DNA of 64,000 nucleotides from Camelus dromedarius (Eukaryota): assembly GCF_036321535.1 (NCBI RefSeq), contig NC_087447.1, positions 48,300,001-48,364,000 of the forward strand, written 5' to 3'. This document shows, one piece after another, positions 1-14,465 of the stretch. Made by a program: the position numbers and the translations under genes. The first letter of the stretch is position 1, and each line of letters begins with the position of its first letter. The notes below the pieces were generated by a model. It worked only from the letters and a program-made list of their open reading frames with translations. It had not been told where the DNA came from and did no database searches.

Positions 1-1639
1 GATACCCTCCAACTGTTAGCAGTCTGTGATTCTAATCTGACTCCTTTCTCTGTTCTTTGCCAACAAGATTCCCGGTAACCTTAGGCAAGTAATATCCCTT
101 CAGAGGACCTCAGTTTTCTGTCTGTAAAATAGGAGTAATATGGACATTTCTGTACAAAAGTGATTTAGTAATTTATCCTATGGCCCATTCTGAGCATCGC
201 AGTGTACTCCTACAGGGATCTAAGAATGGCCGCTTTGGGCCATCCCACAGTAAATCCAGGTCAGTCACAGAAGTGCCAGTTTGATGGTGGATAGTAGTCC
301 ATCCTTCGTGCCACCTTTCTCCTAGCCTCCATTCCTTTCCTGCCTGGCTCTCCTTCATGTGCAGTCTGAGTGGGCTTCCCAAAACACAGCTCTAGTCATG
401 TGTACCTCCCTTGCACAGATATCTTTAATAGCTCTCCATGGCATTCATGAAGGCCTGAACTCAGGCAATAGGAATAGATAAAAAGGAGGGGATGGGTGTG
501 AGGAAGATTATGCAGGGAAAATTATAGGAACTGTGTCTAAAATTTTATGCAGTCAAGCTCTTGCTGGCTATGCTGTGCTCTGGTTCAGAACTGAAATGTA
601 ATATCACAATGGGCTCCTGATGGTGTGGATCAGTTCAGGCAGATCTAGGCCAATGTGGAAAAGCAAGTGAGATGCCAAGAGGGATACTAGAATCAGCCTT
701 CTTTTTTTGTTCTCCTGAAGCGACACCTTTGAGGAGCCCTGGCATTTTCCCTGGTTAAGAAAAGCCTCCTGCAAGCTTCAGAGAAGCTCCTCCCTTCTCT
801 GCTGGAAAATTTCAGCCACTCCCCATTCCATTCTGCCTTTAGCATTCTTCACAGCTCTGACTGCAGTGCTGTCATGATGAGAAGTCTGGATTGCTGCATT
901 TGTCTTCGGGTGTGGTGGGCTCTGAAGAATAGAGAGCCAAGCCCCGGCACCTTGATGGTCTGTAGAGGCTGGCTTCTCACTCATAGCAAAATTTAGGACT
1001 CTGAGGTGACCACCACTGTTAAAAACTTTAATAATGCAGAGGCTGCAGTGGAAAATCTTCTGCATTGGGGGTCAGGAGGTCTGGGTTAATTCCTAGGATC
1101 TGTTCTGTCTGGCTGTGTGACTCTGAGAGACATATTTAATCTCTCTGGGCTTCATATTCTTCCCCTGCAAAGATGAAGAACTGGGACAAAATTATCTCCA
1201 AATGCCATCTTGTTCTAAAATTCTAAAATAATGATTCATTGCATGTTTTTTCTTTGCCGGGCCCTGTACTAGGAATGAGGAATATGTAAAAATGAAAGCA
1301 AGAATAAAAGTTAATGTTTATTGAGTTTTTAAATATGTGTCACAGATTGAATTAACTAATTTATATAGAGTGTTTCTTTCAGTTCTCAGAACATCCCTTT
1401 GAGACCAGGTTTGTCATCAGTATTACTGGCCTTGTGAAAGGACTATTTCTTGGTCCTCCCCCTACTTCCCCAGATTGGGCCCCTGCTCTCTTATGCTGAC
1501 CTGAAGAGCAGTGACATGAGAGAACCATTCTACCTGCTCTGCCAGGAACAACTCTGCTGTGGCAATCACTAGGCTGTTGGCTGTTAAGTAGGGGTGACTT
1601 AATAAAGATAGATTCCTTTTTTTCTCAAAAAAAAAAAAG

Positions 1640-3000
1640 TATTTCTATCTAATAGCAAGACATTCTAAATCTCCAATAATTAGAACAGTGTGGTATTGGC
1701 TCAAAGATAGGCAAATAGCCCAGTGGAACAGGGTAAAGAATGCAGAAACAGATCCAAGTATCTATGAAGACTTAATATATGACAAAAGTGACACTGCAGT
1801 GCATTGGTGCTGGGTCAGTTGAGTCAACTGGACAGGATAATCATGTAAAAAAACTGACTTGACTCCTATTTCATAGTGTACACAAAAATCACTTAACAAT
1901 GATTGTAGATCTAAATGTGTAATCTAAATGTTAAAATAATCAAACATCTAGAAGATACTATACAAGAATATCTTCATGATCTTAAGGGAAACAAAGTTTT
2001 TGTTCTAAGATTTCTCAAACAGGACACAAAAGTCACTATAACCATAAAACAAAAAAAATTGAGTAAATTGGACTAATTAAAAACAAAAATTTCTCCTCAT
2101 CAAAATGCACCATTGAAAACTGAAAAAAGAAGGTACATAGAGGAAGAAGATATTTACAGCATGTACATTTAACAAGGATCATATCTAGAATATAGAAGGA
2201 ACCTCTACAAATCAATAGGAGAAAGGAAGACAACTCAATCTAAAAAATGGGCAAAATGAATAGGCAGGTTACAAAAGAGAATATTCAAATGGCCAGTGAA
2301 AGGTGCTCAGGCTCAACAGACTTAAAGGAAATCCAAGTTAAAATCTCAATGCATTATCACTTCATACTGACCAGAATGGCTTAAACAAACAAACCAGAAA
2401 ACTGACTATGCTAAGTTTTGTAAGTGTTGACAAGAATGTAGAACAACTGGAACTCTCATGTACTGCTGGTAGGAGTCTAATGGAAACCACTTTGAAAAAC
2501 TGATTTGAGAGTACTTATTAAAGATGAACCCATGCATTGTCTATAATTCAGTAGTTCAAGTCCTGGGTATATCCCCAACAGAAATGCATACAAATAAATG
2601 TTCACTGAAAGATACATGCAAGAACACTGGTAGCAATACTGTTCATAATGGCTCAGGAAAGAACAGCTGTTTCACCTAATACATGACGAATCTTACAAAT
2701 AAAAATTTTACAGAAATGAGTTAAATAAGTCAGACAGAAAACAGACCAATGTATATTATTCCATTTTCACAAATTTCAAAAATAGGCGAAATAACCCTAT
2801 AATTTTAGAAGTCAGAATAGTGGTTACCAATTTGGGGAGCGGGAGACTTTTGGAGTGCTGGTAGTGGTCTGTTTCTTCTTGTTTAGGATACTGTTTATAC
2901 AAGTATTTTCACTTTGAAAATTCATTGAGCTGTGTACTTATTTATGTATTTTTCAGTATGACTACTATATTGCAATAATATTTTTACTAAAAATATTTTT
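1640..3000 (+). mobile_element. Old L1M-type LINE fragment (3' ORF2 + 3'UTR)
   Basis: Degenerate L1 ORF2 motifs (acagtgtggtattggc...cagtggaacag...cagaaacagatcc; tactgctggtaggagt...accactttgaaaaac). No long ORF. Confidence 0.75.
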
Positions 3001-3309
3001 AATGAGGTAGATTTTAAGATTCTAACTTTGAATTGAGAAAAGAGTCATAGTATTAAAAATGCAAAAAATATTGAAGAGAAATAGTTTAATTCTCCTTCCT
3101 ACCCCAGTGCCCCAGCCATCCAGTTCCCTCCCTCACAGGTAACCAATGATATTAGTATTTTTGTGTATCCTTCTAGAGATTTTTTTTGATATGCAAACAA
3201 ATGCATACATATGTAATTAAACACACACACATATCTATTCTCCCCCACTCACCCTTTTAATATATATATAGCAATATTCTGAACACACTATTCTACAGCG
3301 TGTTTTTAT

Positions 3310-3696
3310 CTTTTTTTTTAATTAAAAAATTTTTTTATTGAAGTATAGTTGGTTTACAATGTTGTGTTAATTTCTGGTATACATCATAGTGATTCAGTTA
3401 TACATATAGATATTCCTTTTCATATTTTTTCATTATAAGCTATTACAAGGTATTGAATATAGTTCCCTGTGCTGTACAATAGGATTTCTATTTTTTTAAA
3501 CATTTTTTATTGATTTATAATCATTTTACAATGTTGTGTCAAATTCCAGTGTAGAGCACAATTTTTCAGTTATACATGAACATATATATGTTCATTGTCA
3601 CATTTTTTTCTCTGTGAGCTACCATAAGATCTTGTGTATATTTCCCTGTGCTATACAGTATAATCTTGTTTATCTATTATACAATTTTGAAATCCC
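3310..3696 (-). mobile_element. Two adjacent or nested short L1 3'-end fragments
   Basis: T-rich tail + tattgaagtatagttggtttacaat (older type). Then 3490-3696 matches the 3'UTR of the young L1 copies at 22.7 kb and 38.3 kb. Confidence 0.8.
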
Positions 3697-4584
3697 GTTG
3701 CTTTTATCTTTTATCTTAAAAATATTTCTATATCAGTATATAAAGAAGCTCCTTATTCCTTCTTACAGCTGCATAATGTACTATTGAATGGATGTGCCAT
3801 GATTTATGTACCAAGTTCCCGCCTGATGGGCATTTAGGTTAGACTATTTCCAGTTGAGAAGCTTTCTTGATCCTAATCTATGTTGTGTTAAATTATCTAT
3901 TTTCCCAGGCCTTATTTTAACTTTACATAGGAGTTTGCACAGGTTGATATGTAGTAAAGCAATACTTCATATGAAAGAGAAGGGTAGAAATAAAATAATT
4001 TTTCTATCTCTGACTTTTTAAAAGGAAGGCTGTCTAAATAATTGGACTGCAAAATTTCAGAGCTAGGAGAGCCTGAAGAGAACTAATGCTGAGCTTCCTT
4101 AATTGATTTCTTTAGGATTCTGATGAAGCTAAAGATTCTCTCCTAGAAAAACGTGCACACAAAAATTTTCACGTATAAGTTTTGGTGTTGACACACCCCT
4201 TGAAATTCCTGTATGGGTTCTAGATTAATAATCTGTTATCTAGTATAACCCCATTAATTAAAAAACTAGGAAACTGAGGGCCAGAGTTGGAGGGTGAGTC
4301 TCAAAACTAGTTAATGGCAGAAAACAGTCACATGTATTAATGTTAGAGTAATACCAGCAGTATTCTCTCTCCTCTCATTGGCTGATGTCACAGCCCAGAG
4401 TGGCAAGGAAAGATGCCCATTCCTTCCTAGGGAAAGTTTGGTTTGTAGGTAGGGTAACCTGAGAGAAAAATGGTAAACAAATTTAATTGAAAGACTGAAT
4501 TTTTTTTAATATCAGGATGGTATGATTAGAATTTCTTGTACAATACTTTAATTCATTTTCTTTCTCTTTTTGTTTTCTGTTCAG

Positions 4585-4754
4585 CCCAAGAAGAAGAGGG
4601 GGAAAGTGGAAGTGATACCCATTAATTTGGGGACAGATTATGAATATGGAGTATTAAATATTCATCTGACTGCATATGACATGGCTCTGGCAGAGAGTTA
4701 TGCCCAATATGTTCACAACCTCTGCAACCATCTCTTGATTAAAGTCGAGGAAAG
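4585..4754 (+). CDS. MRPL48: MRPL48 (mitochondrial ribosomal protein L48) internal coding exon, 170 bp
   Basis: Pyrimidine tract then ttcag|CCCAAG ... GAAAG|gtatga. Encodes [10 protein letters not shown]...[38 protein letters not shown], recognised as MRPL48. Phase matches the next exon. Upstream exons lie outside the window. Confidence 0.95.
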
Positions 4755-5599
4755 GTATGAAGGATGCCTTTTCATGGGATATTCTTGGTGTGGGTAGCAT
4801 GCTCTGTTTTGTTGTTGTTAAATGTGTTTTTGAGATATAATTAACAGGTAGTAGAATTCACTCTTTTTAGGTATATACTTTGCCACAATCAAAATATAGA
4901 ACAGTTCCATTAAGTTCTTAACCCCAGAAGTTCCTTGGTTCCCAGGTGTAGTCAGTCTCCTCTCCCTTTCCTCTCAAGGCCCTGGTAACCATTGATTGAT
5001 TTTTCTGTTCCTATTGTTTTAAATTCTCTTACCATGTAAATGGTAAATACATATACAATATGTAGCTGTTTGTTTCTGGCCTCTTTCACTTAACATAATG
5101 TGTGACATCTGTTTTGAGTTCTCCAATCCATTAACTTGGTATATCTCCCCATTTATAAAGATATTCTCTGCCTCCTCTGCTTTCTGTTTACTCTTTGTTG
5201 GAAAACTGTAGGGGAGGAGAGCTAGCATTTACTGAATGCCTACTCTAGGCCAGGCACTTTACGTATCTTATCTCAATTTTTGAGAAAGTGTGGGATGCCC
5301 TGTGGTTTGCCTTAAATGTCATTAAGTCACATGGTGAGAAATTTTTTCCCTTTTTAATTCTCATTAAACCTAATTATGTCAAGGAGAATTCTTAGTGTGG
5401 TGCTGGTAGGTATGTCCTTAATGCCACTCTCACACTTCCTAATCTTTATAACAAAGAAGGAACCTCAAGCTCGGAGTCTTTGGCAGGCCCCACTATCTGG
5501 CTAGAATTTTATAATACTGTTTTGTTTTCACTGTGTTTATTTTTACCTTAGCTTCTATTTGTCAGCTGATAATGGTTTTCCTATTTACAGTAGTGATAT

Positions 5600-6240
5600 A
5601 AAGTCAGGCTTACTGAGATACAATTTATATTCAGTAAAATTCACCCTTTTAGCAAATAGTTTCTGTGAGTTTTGACAAATGCATGCCATAGAGTAAATAC
5701 CATCATAATCAGGATATAGAACATTTCCATCATCCCAAGAAGTCGCCTTCTACCTTTGTAGTCAATCCCTCATCTCACCCCTGCCCCACCGTCCCTGCAA
5801 CTACTGATCTGTTTTCTATCCTTGTAGTTTTGCCTTTTCTAAAATGTCATACAATATTTTTCCTTTTGAGTCTGGCTTCTTTCACTTAGGATAATGTATT
5901 TGAAATTCATTTATGTTGTTGCCTGTATCAAGTAATTTGTTCCTTTCTGTTGCTGAGTAGCATTTCACTGAATGGATGTACCACAGTTTATATAACCATT
6001 TGAAGGACATTTGTGTTGTTTCCAGTTTTGGGCAGTTATGAATAAAGCTACTATAAACATGTACAGGTGTTTGTGAAAACATAAGTTTTCATTTCTCTAG
6101 GAGTATGATTGCTGGGTCAAATAGTAGAAGTAGTGTATTTTTAAATTCGTAGGAAACTGCCAAACTGTTTTCTGAAGTGGCTGTACCATTTTTCTTTCTT
6201 ACCAGTAACATGAGTTTTAGTTATTCCACTGAACAACTGA
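5600..6240 (-). mobile_element. L1M 3'UTR/ORF2-end fragment
   Basis: tactgagatacaatttatattcagtaaaattcaccc..., ggacatttgtgttgtttccagttttgggcagttatgaataaagc. A similar fragment lies at ~4810-5130. Confidence 0.7.
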
Positions 6241-6262
6241 CTTTTTTAAAAATTAATTTTTT

Positions 6263-6400
6263 GTTTTGTTTTTTGGGGGTAGGTAATTCATTTTGTTTGT
6301 TTGTTTATGTATTTATTTATTTTAATGGAAGTACTGGGATTGAACCCAGGACCTCCTGCCTGCTAAGCATGCAGTCTACCACTGAGCTACACCCTCCCCC
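6263..6400 (-). mobile_element. tRNA-Ala-derived SINE (vic-1-like, camelid)
   Basis: Minus strand reads GGGGGAGGGTGTAGCTCAGTGGTAGA (A box) ... GGGTTCAATCCC (B box), then an A-rich tail. Flanked by TSD AAAATTAATTTTT. Confidence 0.85.
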
Positions 6401-8099
6401 TAAAATTAATTTTTTAAGCAAGTTGATTTAAAGAAAAACCTTTAATAAATAGTAGGTTGAGATTGGGTGATTTGCCCCTGTGGCAAGGCACAATATGTGG
6501 ATATACTTTCTTACTCACTAGATGTTAGTATATTGCCACTTCATAGATGAGGAAACCAAGGGTCAGAAAGGCCAAAAATCACAGAAGCAGTGAGTTTCCT
6601 GGATTTAACCCAGTTCTGTATGACTCCAGTATTTTTAATTATATAGGATTTTATTTTAAGTCCTTAAGCCAAATTTGAACTTTTAAATCTTTGTAACTTA
6701 GAGTATAACTGTGCTTAATGTGCTCATTAAAAGACTGGATTATCAACTGTGACGTTAGGGCTCACAGCTGACTGTACTTCAGTTGATTTAGGCCTAAAGA
6801 TGTACTTTATCTTTTTCTGATGCTCTAGAGGGTTGGTTGCTCTTTCAGTACTTGACACATTCCTCTATCATGCCACAAGTGCTCTGGGCTGTAATAATCT
6901 GCTCATGTGTCAGCTCCCTTCCCCTCTGACTACATGGGGACTGTGTTTTCTCTATTTCTTCAGTACCTAGCACAACACCTGCCAAATGGGAGACATTAAA
7001 CCTTTGTTGAAAGAACGACAGTTTCTTGAATATGACTACACAATCAGGTTGTGTAGTATACACTTCCTACAGTTTAATAAAAGTGCTTTTAATTAATTTT
7101 AAAAAACTATTAATTGAACCTCTTCTTGCTATGTGGTAGGCGTTGGACTAGACATTCTGACTGGAGGATACAAAGGTGAATGTCCCTGATTTCAGGGAGA
7201 GAGTGTGTGTACATGTGTGTGCACACATACATACACAGAGAAAAATAATTATAACATAATGTGGAAAGTGATAAATGAAAGGTAAGGTTTAATGTCAGTT
7301 TAAGGAGGCAGAGTAGCATAACAGCTTAGAGCAATGTTTCTCAAAGTATCACTCCAGGAAAGTATCAGAAACTTATGCTAAAATATACATTAATACTTTG
7401 CGTCCTTCATCAAGGAAGTCTTTCTACTGAAAACAAAAGGTTGACTGAATTAAAGTGTGTTGTTTAGTGACTGTTTCATACTTCTTGTCTTGAACTGATA
7501 ACAAGCAGTTTGCTTACCAGCAGCTTGTCTTTGGATAACTCTTTGAATAACAAGTGGTTAAAAGTAAAAGCTCTGGAATCAAACTACCTGTGTCCAAATT
7601 CTAGTTCTACCAGTTATTAGCAATATGACTTTAAAAAATTCTGAGCGTCAATTTCCTTATCTATATAATGGTGATGATAATTTTCCTATTTCTTTGAGTT
7701 CTGAAAATTAAATAAGAAAATATATGATAGCACTTATCAGAGAGACCAGCACATTGTAAATACTCTGTAAATAATATTATTGTTATTAATAATTAATGAG
7801 GTTTTTTTAGCTGGCAGGGATTAGGGGGTAGCATCTCAGAGGCTGTGGTAGAAGAGAGACATTAAATGTCATTTACAGACTGTTATCATACCTACAGTGG
7901 ATCAACTCTCTGGAGTAGTGTTTTAAATTTTCAGAAAGACTTTAAAATATTCTTTTTTTAAAACCCTGCTGTGAAAACCTCTGGCTGCACTTGAGTAAAG
8001 GCAAGAAGGCAGTAATATTTGTTGAGTACCTACTATCAGCCAGCCACCTCACTAAATACTTTTTTTGTATATTTTTTAATTTAATTCAGACAAGCACCA

Positions 8100-8340
8100 T
8101 GCACATAGTGGATCAAAGCATTGACTCTGGAGCCAGACTGCCTAGATTTTGCCTTTGCTCTGCTGCATTCTTACTGTGTGACACTGGGCAGTTTTCTTGA
8201 CCTCTTTGTGTCTTGGTTTCCTCATCTGTAAAACGAGGTTAATAAAAGTACCTACTTAAAGATGCTATAGTGAAAATTAAGGGAGTTAATATATCTAAAG
8301 TACTTAGAACTATGTCCAGAAACTGTTGGCTGCCATTATT
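8100..8340 (+). mobile_element. MIR SINE (one of many MIR copies in the window)
   Basis: actctggagccagactgcc...ctgtgtgacactgggcag...ggtttcctcatctgtaaaa MIR core. Confidence 0.75.
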
Positions 8341-11320
8341 ATTGTTGTTGTTGTTATTATTATTGTTGTTGTTGTTGTTATCATAATAGAAGCTTGCCTA
8401 TAGTCATACATCTAATAAGTGGCAAGGTCTAGATTTGAACCCACTTCTTCCCCCTCAAATTCTCAATTCCCTCCACACTGCTTTTAGTGTGATTTTTCTA
8501 GAATGGAAATATGATCATTTCACTCCCATGCTTAAATTCTTTCCATGGCTTCCCATTCCTTTAGGAACAAAATAAAAGTTCCCCACATGCCTTGTTAGGT
8601 GCTCCATGGCCTGGGCTGGCCTCTCTTGCCTTAACTCACACTTGTCTCTCCCTCTCCTTCCACCTCTAGTTACACTGGCTTTGTTTTTATTCTTTCCCAC
8701 CTCTGGACCTTTGCATATGCTCTCTAAAGCTTAGAATACTCTTTCCCCTTCACCTAGCCAACTCCCATTTTTTTCTTATGCTTCACTTTGAATGTCACTT
8801 CTTCAGAGAACCTCATTAAGTCCTTATGTTACGTATTTAGGAGGAGTAAAGGGTATATAACTTCCCTTATAATGCTTGTTCTCATAATTACTTGACTATT
8901 ACTGGTTTTCTTTATTAGACTCTAAGATCTGTAAGGCAGGAGCTGTTTCTGTTTGCATCAGCAGTCTAACGCTAAGACTTTGCCCAGTATCTGACACATA
9001 GTAGGAACTGAATGAGTATTTGTTGACTTGGATTGAATTCCAATAGGCATGACATGATTCCTAGGATAACAGAATGAATGATGTGCTGCTTTTTGCCTCT
9101 CTTCATCCTTTGCTCCGAATAGTGCATAGCATAAAGAGATGATCCTTTTTAGCAATTCACTTCTCTGCGTTGATTGAGGTTTTCAGACCATCATATTAGG
9201 CATTCTCAGTGCCCAGCTTTTCAGAGATAAAAATGATTTTCTTTTCTTCTGATTTTCATTTTATCTTGATCCATTTTTCCTTTAGGAGTTGAGGGGGAGG
9301 GCTCTCACCTTGAGATGGAATTGAGCAGGGGAGCTGTATGCTAGCTTTTGTTCTATAAATGGTCTGCATTGCTGCAGCTGCAGCTCACCCAGAAGAGGAG
9401 AAGATGAGGCCTCTTTTAATTTGTGTGCATCCCTTGCTGAGCTGCTGTCTGGAAGGATGGAAGTCTTATTCATCTGGGAGCAGCTTCCAAGCCTGAAGCT
9501 GACCCAGCCTCTTGCTCTGTGGAGAGTAAAAGCACCATTCAGCATCATTCTCTGTAAGGCTGCTCTTTCCTCTTTTTTTTTTTTAAATCCACTTACATTT
9601 TTTAAAATGGTGGTATAATCTATATATAGTAGAGTCCACAGATTCTAAGTTTCCTAGCATCCCAGCAGGTTTCCTCATGTACCATCCCAGCAGTACTCCT
9701 CAAAGGTAGTACTATTTTGTCTTGTTAGCTCTAGGTTGACTCTTGAAATTCAGTTATTTCATTTCTTCCCTTATTTGTTTTTTTTTTTTAACTACCTGAT
9801 CATTCAAGTAATGTTTATTGCAGAAAATTTGGGAAGTACAGAAAAATGTAGGTACTAGAAGTGTAGATACTCTTACTACTCAAAGGCCTATTCGACTTTG
9901 AAATGGCTAGAGTTCCCAGTACTTCTTTATCAAACTATGTCTGGTTTTTCTGTTGGTTCTCTTTGAGGGCCTCTCATGCCTCCTTGCCTTGTAGAATGCC
10001 CTTTTTTAGAATGTCCTCCAGGCAAACACCTATGTTCATTCTTTAAATCATGATAAAGTACCACCTCACCTATGAAGCCTTTCCTGAGCTCTCTTCCTCT
10101 CCCTCTTGTCTCTGTAATATTTGGTACATACCTATTCTTGCCTTTGTCTTACTATAGTGCAGATGTTTGTGTACTTACTTACTTGTCTCTCCAAAACACT
10201 CTTAGCAAGCTCCTTGAAAGCATTGACTGCACAGTGCCCATCAGCCTGCCTAGGACAGAACAGGATTTCAGTAAATGCTTGTTGAATGAATGAATGAACA
10301 AATAAGTGAAATCTTGCTGAAGTAAATGTTGAAGAATAAAGGCCTGCTCAGTGGCAGGAATGGACAATTCCCACTTGGAATAAAATGGATATTAAAAAAA
10401 TTACCTATACTCTTATCAGTCTTATCTGTGGAATGTCAAAAAGGAAAAATAGCATTTAGAGTGCCATTTACTTTTCTGAAAGCTTTTACATAATTACTTT
10501 ATTTGATTTTCCATAACAAGTTTATGAATCTGTCTCAGTTTTTTTTTAATATAAGGAAGTTATTACCAAATGTGAATTTGAAGAGATCAGAAATTGTGCT
10601 ATAAAGTGGGAAGGGATGTTATTTAGGGAGGCTACCTGGAAGTTTGCAATGCCTAGCATTTACTCACTGTTTATAAGGGCAAAGGAATTGGCATTTGTAG
10701 GCATAGTATGCCAGGAAAATTACTTATGTAATCTTATTTAATCATTGCTACAACCCTAAGAACTAGGTATTAATATCTTCATTTTATAGCTGAAGAAACT
10801 GAGACTCAGAACTAAATTAGTTTGTCCAAGGTCAAACGGGTAATAAATGGCAGAGCCAATATTTCAATCCAGTACTGACTGCCATGTTTCTAATCCATTT
10901 TCCATTACACCAAACTTCTTTTTGATAAGATCCATCTGTAGAGGGCTATGCTCCTTGTTACTAATTAATGAAGCTCTGTGTGGCATGAAAATTCAGCATT
11001 CCTCCTATTGTCGTTATTATTCCATTTATCTTCAGTTTGATGAACTTTTTGATAAGAGGAACACAACACTAATACTATTTCTGTGTAGCCATCAGTCTTA
11101 TCTTATCATCACACCTGGTCCTCACAAGTCTACTGATATAAGTTTACATTGTAATCCCCTTTATACATGAAGAAACTGAGGCTCAGAGGAGGAAGGGACT
11201 CGTCTAAGTACATATTGCTAATAAATGACAGGTCCAAGACTTGACCCTCAAGTCCAGCACTCTTTTCATTGTAGCATATAGATCTGCTGAAGCCGATTAT
11301 AGTGAGCATAGATTCTACAA

Positions 11321-11496
11321 CAATGGTTCTCAACCTGGGGACATTGAACAATGTCTGGAGATAATTTTGATTGGCACCACTTGGGAGGTACTTCTTGCAT
11401 CTGCTGGGTATAGAGGTTAGGGACACATTGGTCAGCCCCCACAACAAGAATGATCTGGTCTAAAGGGTCAGTAGTGCTGACACTGAGAAATCTTAC
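11321..11496. mobile_element. MER20-like hAT non-autonomous DNA transposon
   Basis: caatggttctcaacctgggg...aatgtctggagataattttg...gggtatagaggttaggga...ctgagaaa. Confidence 0.65.
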
Positions 11497-11896
11497 TCTA
11501 GAACAATTGGGTTTCATGCCTTATTTCTTCAGAAGAGGTGAAATAATCAAGGTTAGCCTTCAATGTGTTCCTAGCGATGAGCTTGATTCTTTTAGAATTG
11601 GCTGCTCTTTGGTAGCGGCAAATACTTATTAATCACCAGGTTTTATTCAGAGTGTCATATTAATTATGACTGGGGCTGCAGAAAAGCATTAGACATGGTC
11701 TTTCCCCTCATGGAGTTTAGAGACTTCGGAGGAGGCTTAAGAGGATCTGGTTACTTTGCCACTGGCTGCAGATAAACAGCCCTAGATAACAGGAGCTACT
11801 GCATGCAGTAGCGGCTGTACTCAGGGACTACCCTGACTGAAGTGATGCAGCTGGCTTAAAGGAGCCGTCTCAACAGCTGACTCTTCCTTCCCACAG

Positions 11897-11999
11897 TTAC
11901 GCGATGCCCACCAAAACTATGGAGGTGTTGCAGCTGCAGGACCAAGGCAGGAAAATGTTCCTGGACTCAGTTCTCACCACACATGAGCGAGTGGTCCAG
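11897..11999 (+). CDS. MRPL48: MRPL48 coding exon, 103 bp
   Basis: ccacag|TTAC ... GTCCAG|gtaggt. Encodes (S)[34 protein letters not shown] in frame with the previous exon. Confidence 0.95.
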
Positions 12000-13481
12000 G
12001 TAGGTATTCTGGGAGAAATTTGAAATATGTTTGCCTCTCCTGGTTCTTTTCTTTGATCTCTCGGTTGAGCTTCAAGCCTGATATCCAGTTATCTGCTGGG
12101 CTTCTCTTTTGAGATATTCCACAGCCCTACACTCAATGTATACAAAACTAATTGTAGAGGGACTGATGTTCTTTTTCTATAATCCTCCCCACCTTTGAGC
12201 TTAATGCTTGACCCTTCTTTGCTTTGGGTATCCATTCATTCTCCAAATTCTATGGCTTCTACCCCTAAAAACCTTTCAGATCCACCCACTTTGCTTTACC
12301 CTCATATCAATGTGATCATGTCATTTTCCTGCCTAGCACCCCTCAGTGGCTTCCCTTTAGCTCTGTACCCATTAGCAGTCACTCCTCTTTCCCTATCCCC
12401 CAGCTCCTGGCAACCACTAATCTACCTTCCACTTCTATGGTTTTACCTCTCCTAAACATTTCTTTAAATGGAATTATATAAAATATGGCCATTTATATCT
12501 AGCTTCTTTCACTTAGCATGTTTTAAAGGTTCACCCATGTTGTAGCATGTATCAGTACTTCATTCCTTTTTACTGCCAAGTAATATTCCAATTTATGGAC
12601 ATCATCACCCCTCTTTGATCCACTCAAGAAACATACCAGGAAAGTAATGGGAGAAATGTTAAGATAGTAACACCCTAAGTCTATGTTAACTTTTTAAATC
12701 ATTCAAGTACTTAAAATCTTTGGTTCTTTAAATATTATTAGGAATAAATTATTTAAGTTACATTTTATGACAGATCTAACTTGCCACTGAGGATCATAGG
12801 ATAAAGTTTGAACTCTTTAGATTAGCACCTAAGTGCCTCCATGATTCTCCTCCTGCTTTCCTCTTCACACCCCTATTCATTCCAGCCATACATGGAACTA
12901 GTTTTAATTCCCTAGTACTGTGCTGTTCCTATATAGTTTACTGAATATTGTTTCCTCTGCCTTTAAAAACCCCCATACTACTCTTGAATTCTCCCAGTTT
13001 TCTCCTGTTTTTCCTCAAGACTCCAACCAGATGTTACCTCTTTTGAAAACTTCTTTGACCATCCCTGATTAAGTTAGGTAGGTATTTCTTTTATGGGTTC
13101 CTGCAGCTCCCTACACACCCTTCTACCACACATCTGATTCACCTCTGGATTCTCAGCACAGAGTGTGACACCAATCAGGTCCTGGTCTATGTGGGTTAAC
13201 CTGAATTGATTCAGAAAGTTGTCCTGGACTTGATAACCTCTTGGTCCAGTTATGACTTTCATTGCCTATAAGAGCAGATATTGGCCACAATCATATCAGT
13301 AAGCAAACACCTTGGCAGATAGCAAGAGAAATCCTGCAGAGTCTGGGCTCCAACATCAGCTCTGGGTGCTAACCCTTCACCCAAGGGCCCTCTAGCTCTG
13401 CTAGAGACATGGAGATTGCCATGTCTGCCCAATCACCTAGCTTTCAGTGCCTCTCTTAGAGCATCTTTTTTCCTTTTGCAG

Positions 13482-13571
13482 ATCAGCAGTTTGAGTGCTA
13501 CGTTTGCAGAAATTTTCTTGGAAATAATCCAAAGCAATCTTCCTGAAGGAGTCAAACTGTCAGTGAGGGAG
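13482..13571 (+). CDS. MRPL48: MRPL48 coding exon, 90 bp
   Basis: ttgcag|ATC ... GAG|gtaggt. Encodes [30 protein letters not shown]. Confidence 0.95.
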
Positions 13572-14465
13572 GTAGGTGTCAGTTTGAGAAGAAACTCCCC
13601 TGGTGACCCACCTGTGCTGAAAATAGGGATAAGAAAATCTAAACTGGCTGGCTTTAGAAACAGCAAAGACATGGACAATTAAGCCCAGATAATAATCAGG
13701 AAAGATGTGCAGGTTACTTTACCATAATCATTATTCTGGCTCTTCCAGTGTATCAGGGATGATGCTTTACAGACCATAGAAGCTGAACTCCATCACAGCA
13801 TCCTGATGTTAGGGGTGAGCCCATTACACCCCAAAATTCCCTTCTTCGGGCAGTTGTGTAGCAGAAAGTACATGATTTAAGATCACATACAGTGTAATTA
13901 ATCAGAACACATGTAGGGTAATGTGTATTCTAGAGAGAAGCTTCCTAGATCTTCAAGGCTTGACTGTAACTTGACTGAATATATTCAGTAAAGAATACCA
14001 AATATCAGAAGGAAGTTTGGCATGGAAAACTTGAAGTATGTTAGAAACCTTAGCCTACTGAGTATTTGGGTCCAGTTGCCAAAATGATCCTTGTTATGAC
14101 AAAGATACATCAGGTCATCTTAGACCGATACCTGTTATTTTCTATTGTAAATGGAGATTTTGGCATTCTATCTCTTTTTTTAAGTGCTTTTGTTGTGATA
14201 CTTACAGCATTTTGACATTAGTTCTTTATATGTCTGTCTTCTCTCACCAGACTATAAGTTGATTTAAGGCAGGGAGGAAGTCGAATTCAACTTTGAATCC
14301 TTGGTACCTATTACAAGTCTAGTACGTGGTAGATATTCAGTAAAAGTTAGTTGAATCTAAATCATTCTTTCCAGAGCTTGCTGAGGATCCTTTTCGGATG
14401 CTGGGCATATCTGAGTAACTGAAAGCTCTGTAGTAATTCCCTTATTTTCTTTTTCTTCTCCTCAG

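Noticed and set aside
6328..6400. Apparent tRNA-Ala gene (also 19645-19717 and 45528-45602)
   Set aside because: No proper acceptor stem, followed by A-rich tails, with a clear TSD at the first copy. These are SINEs.
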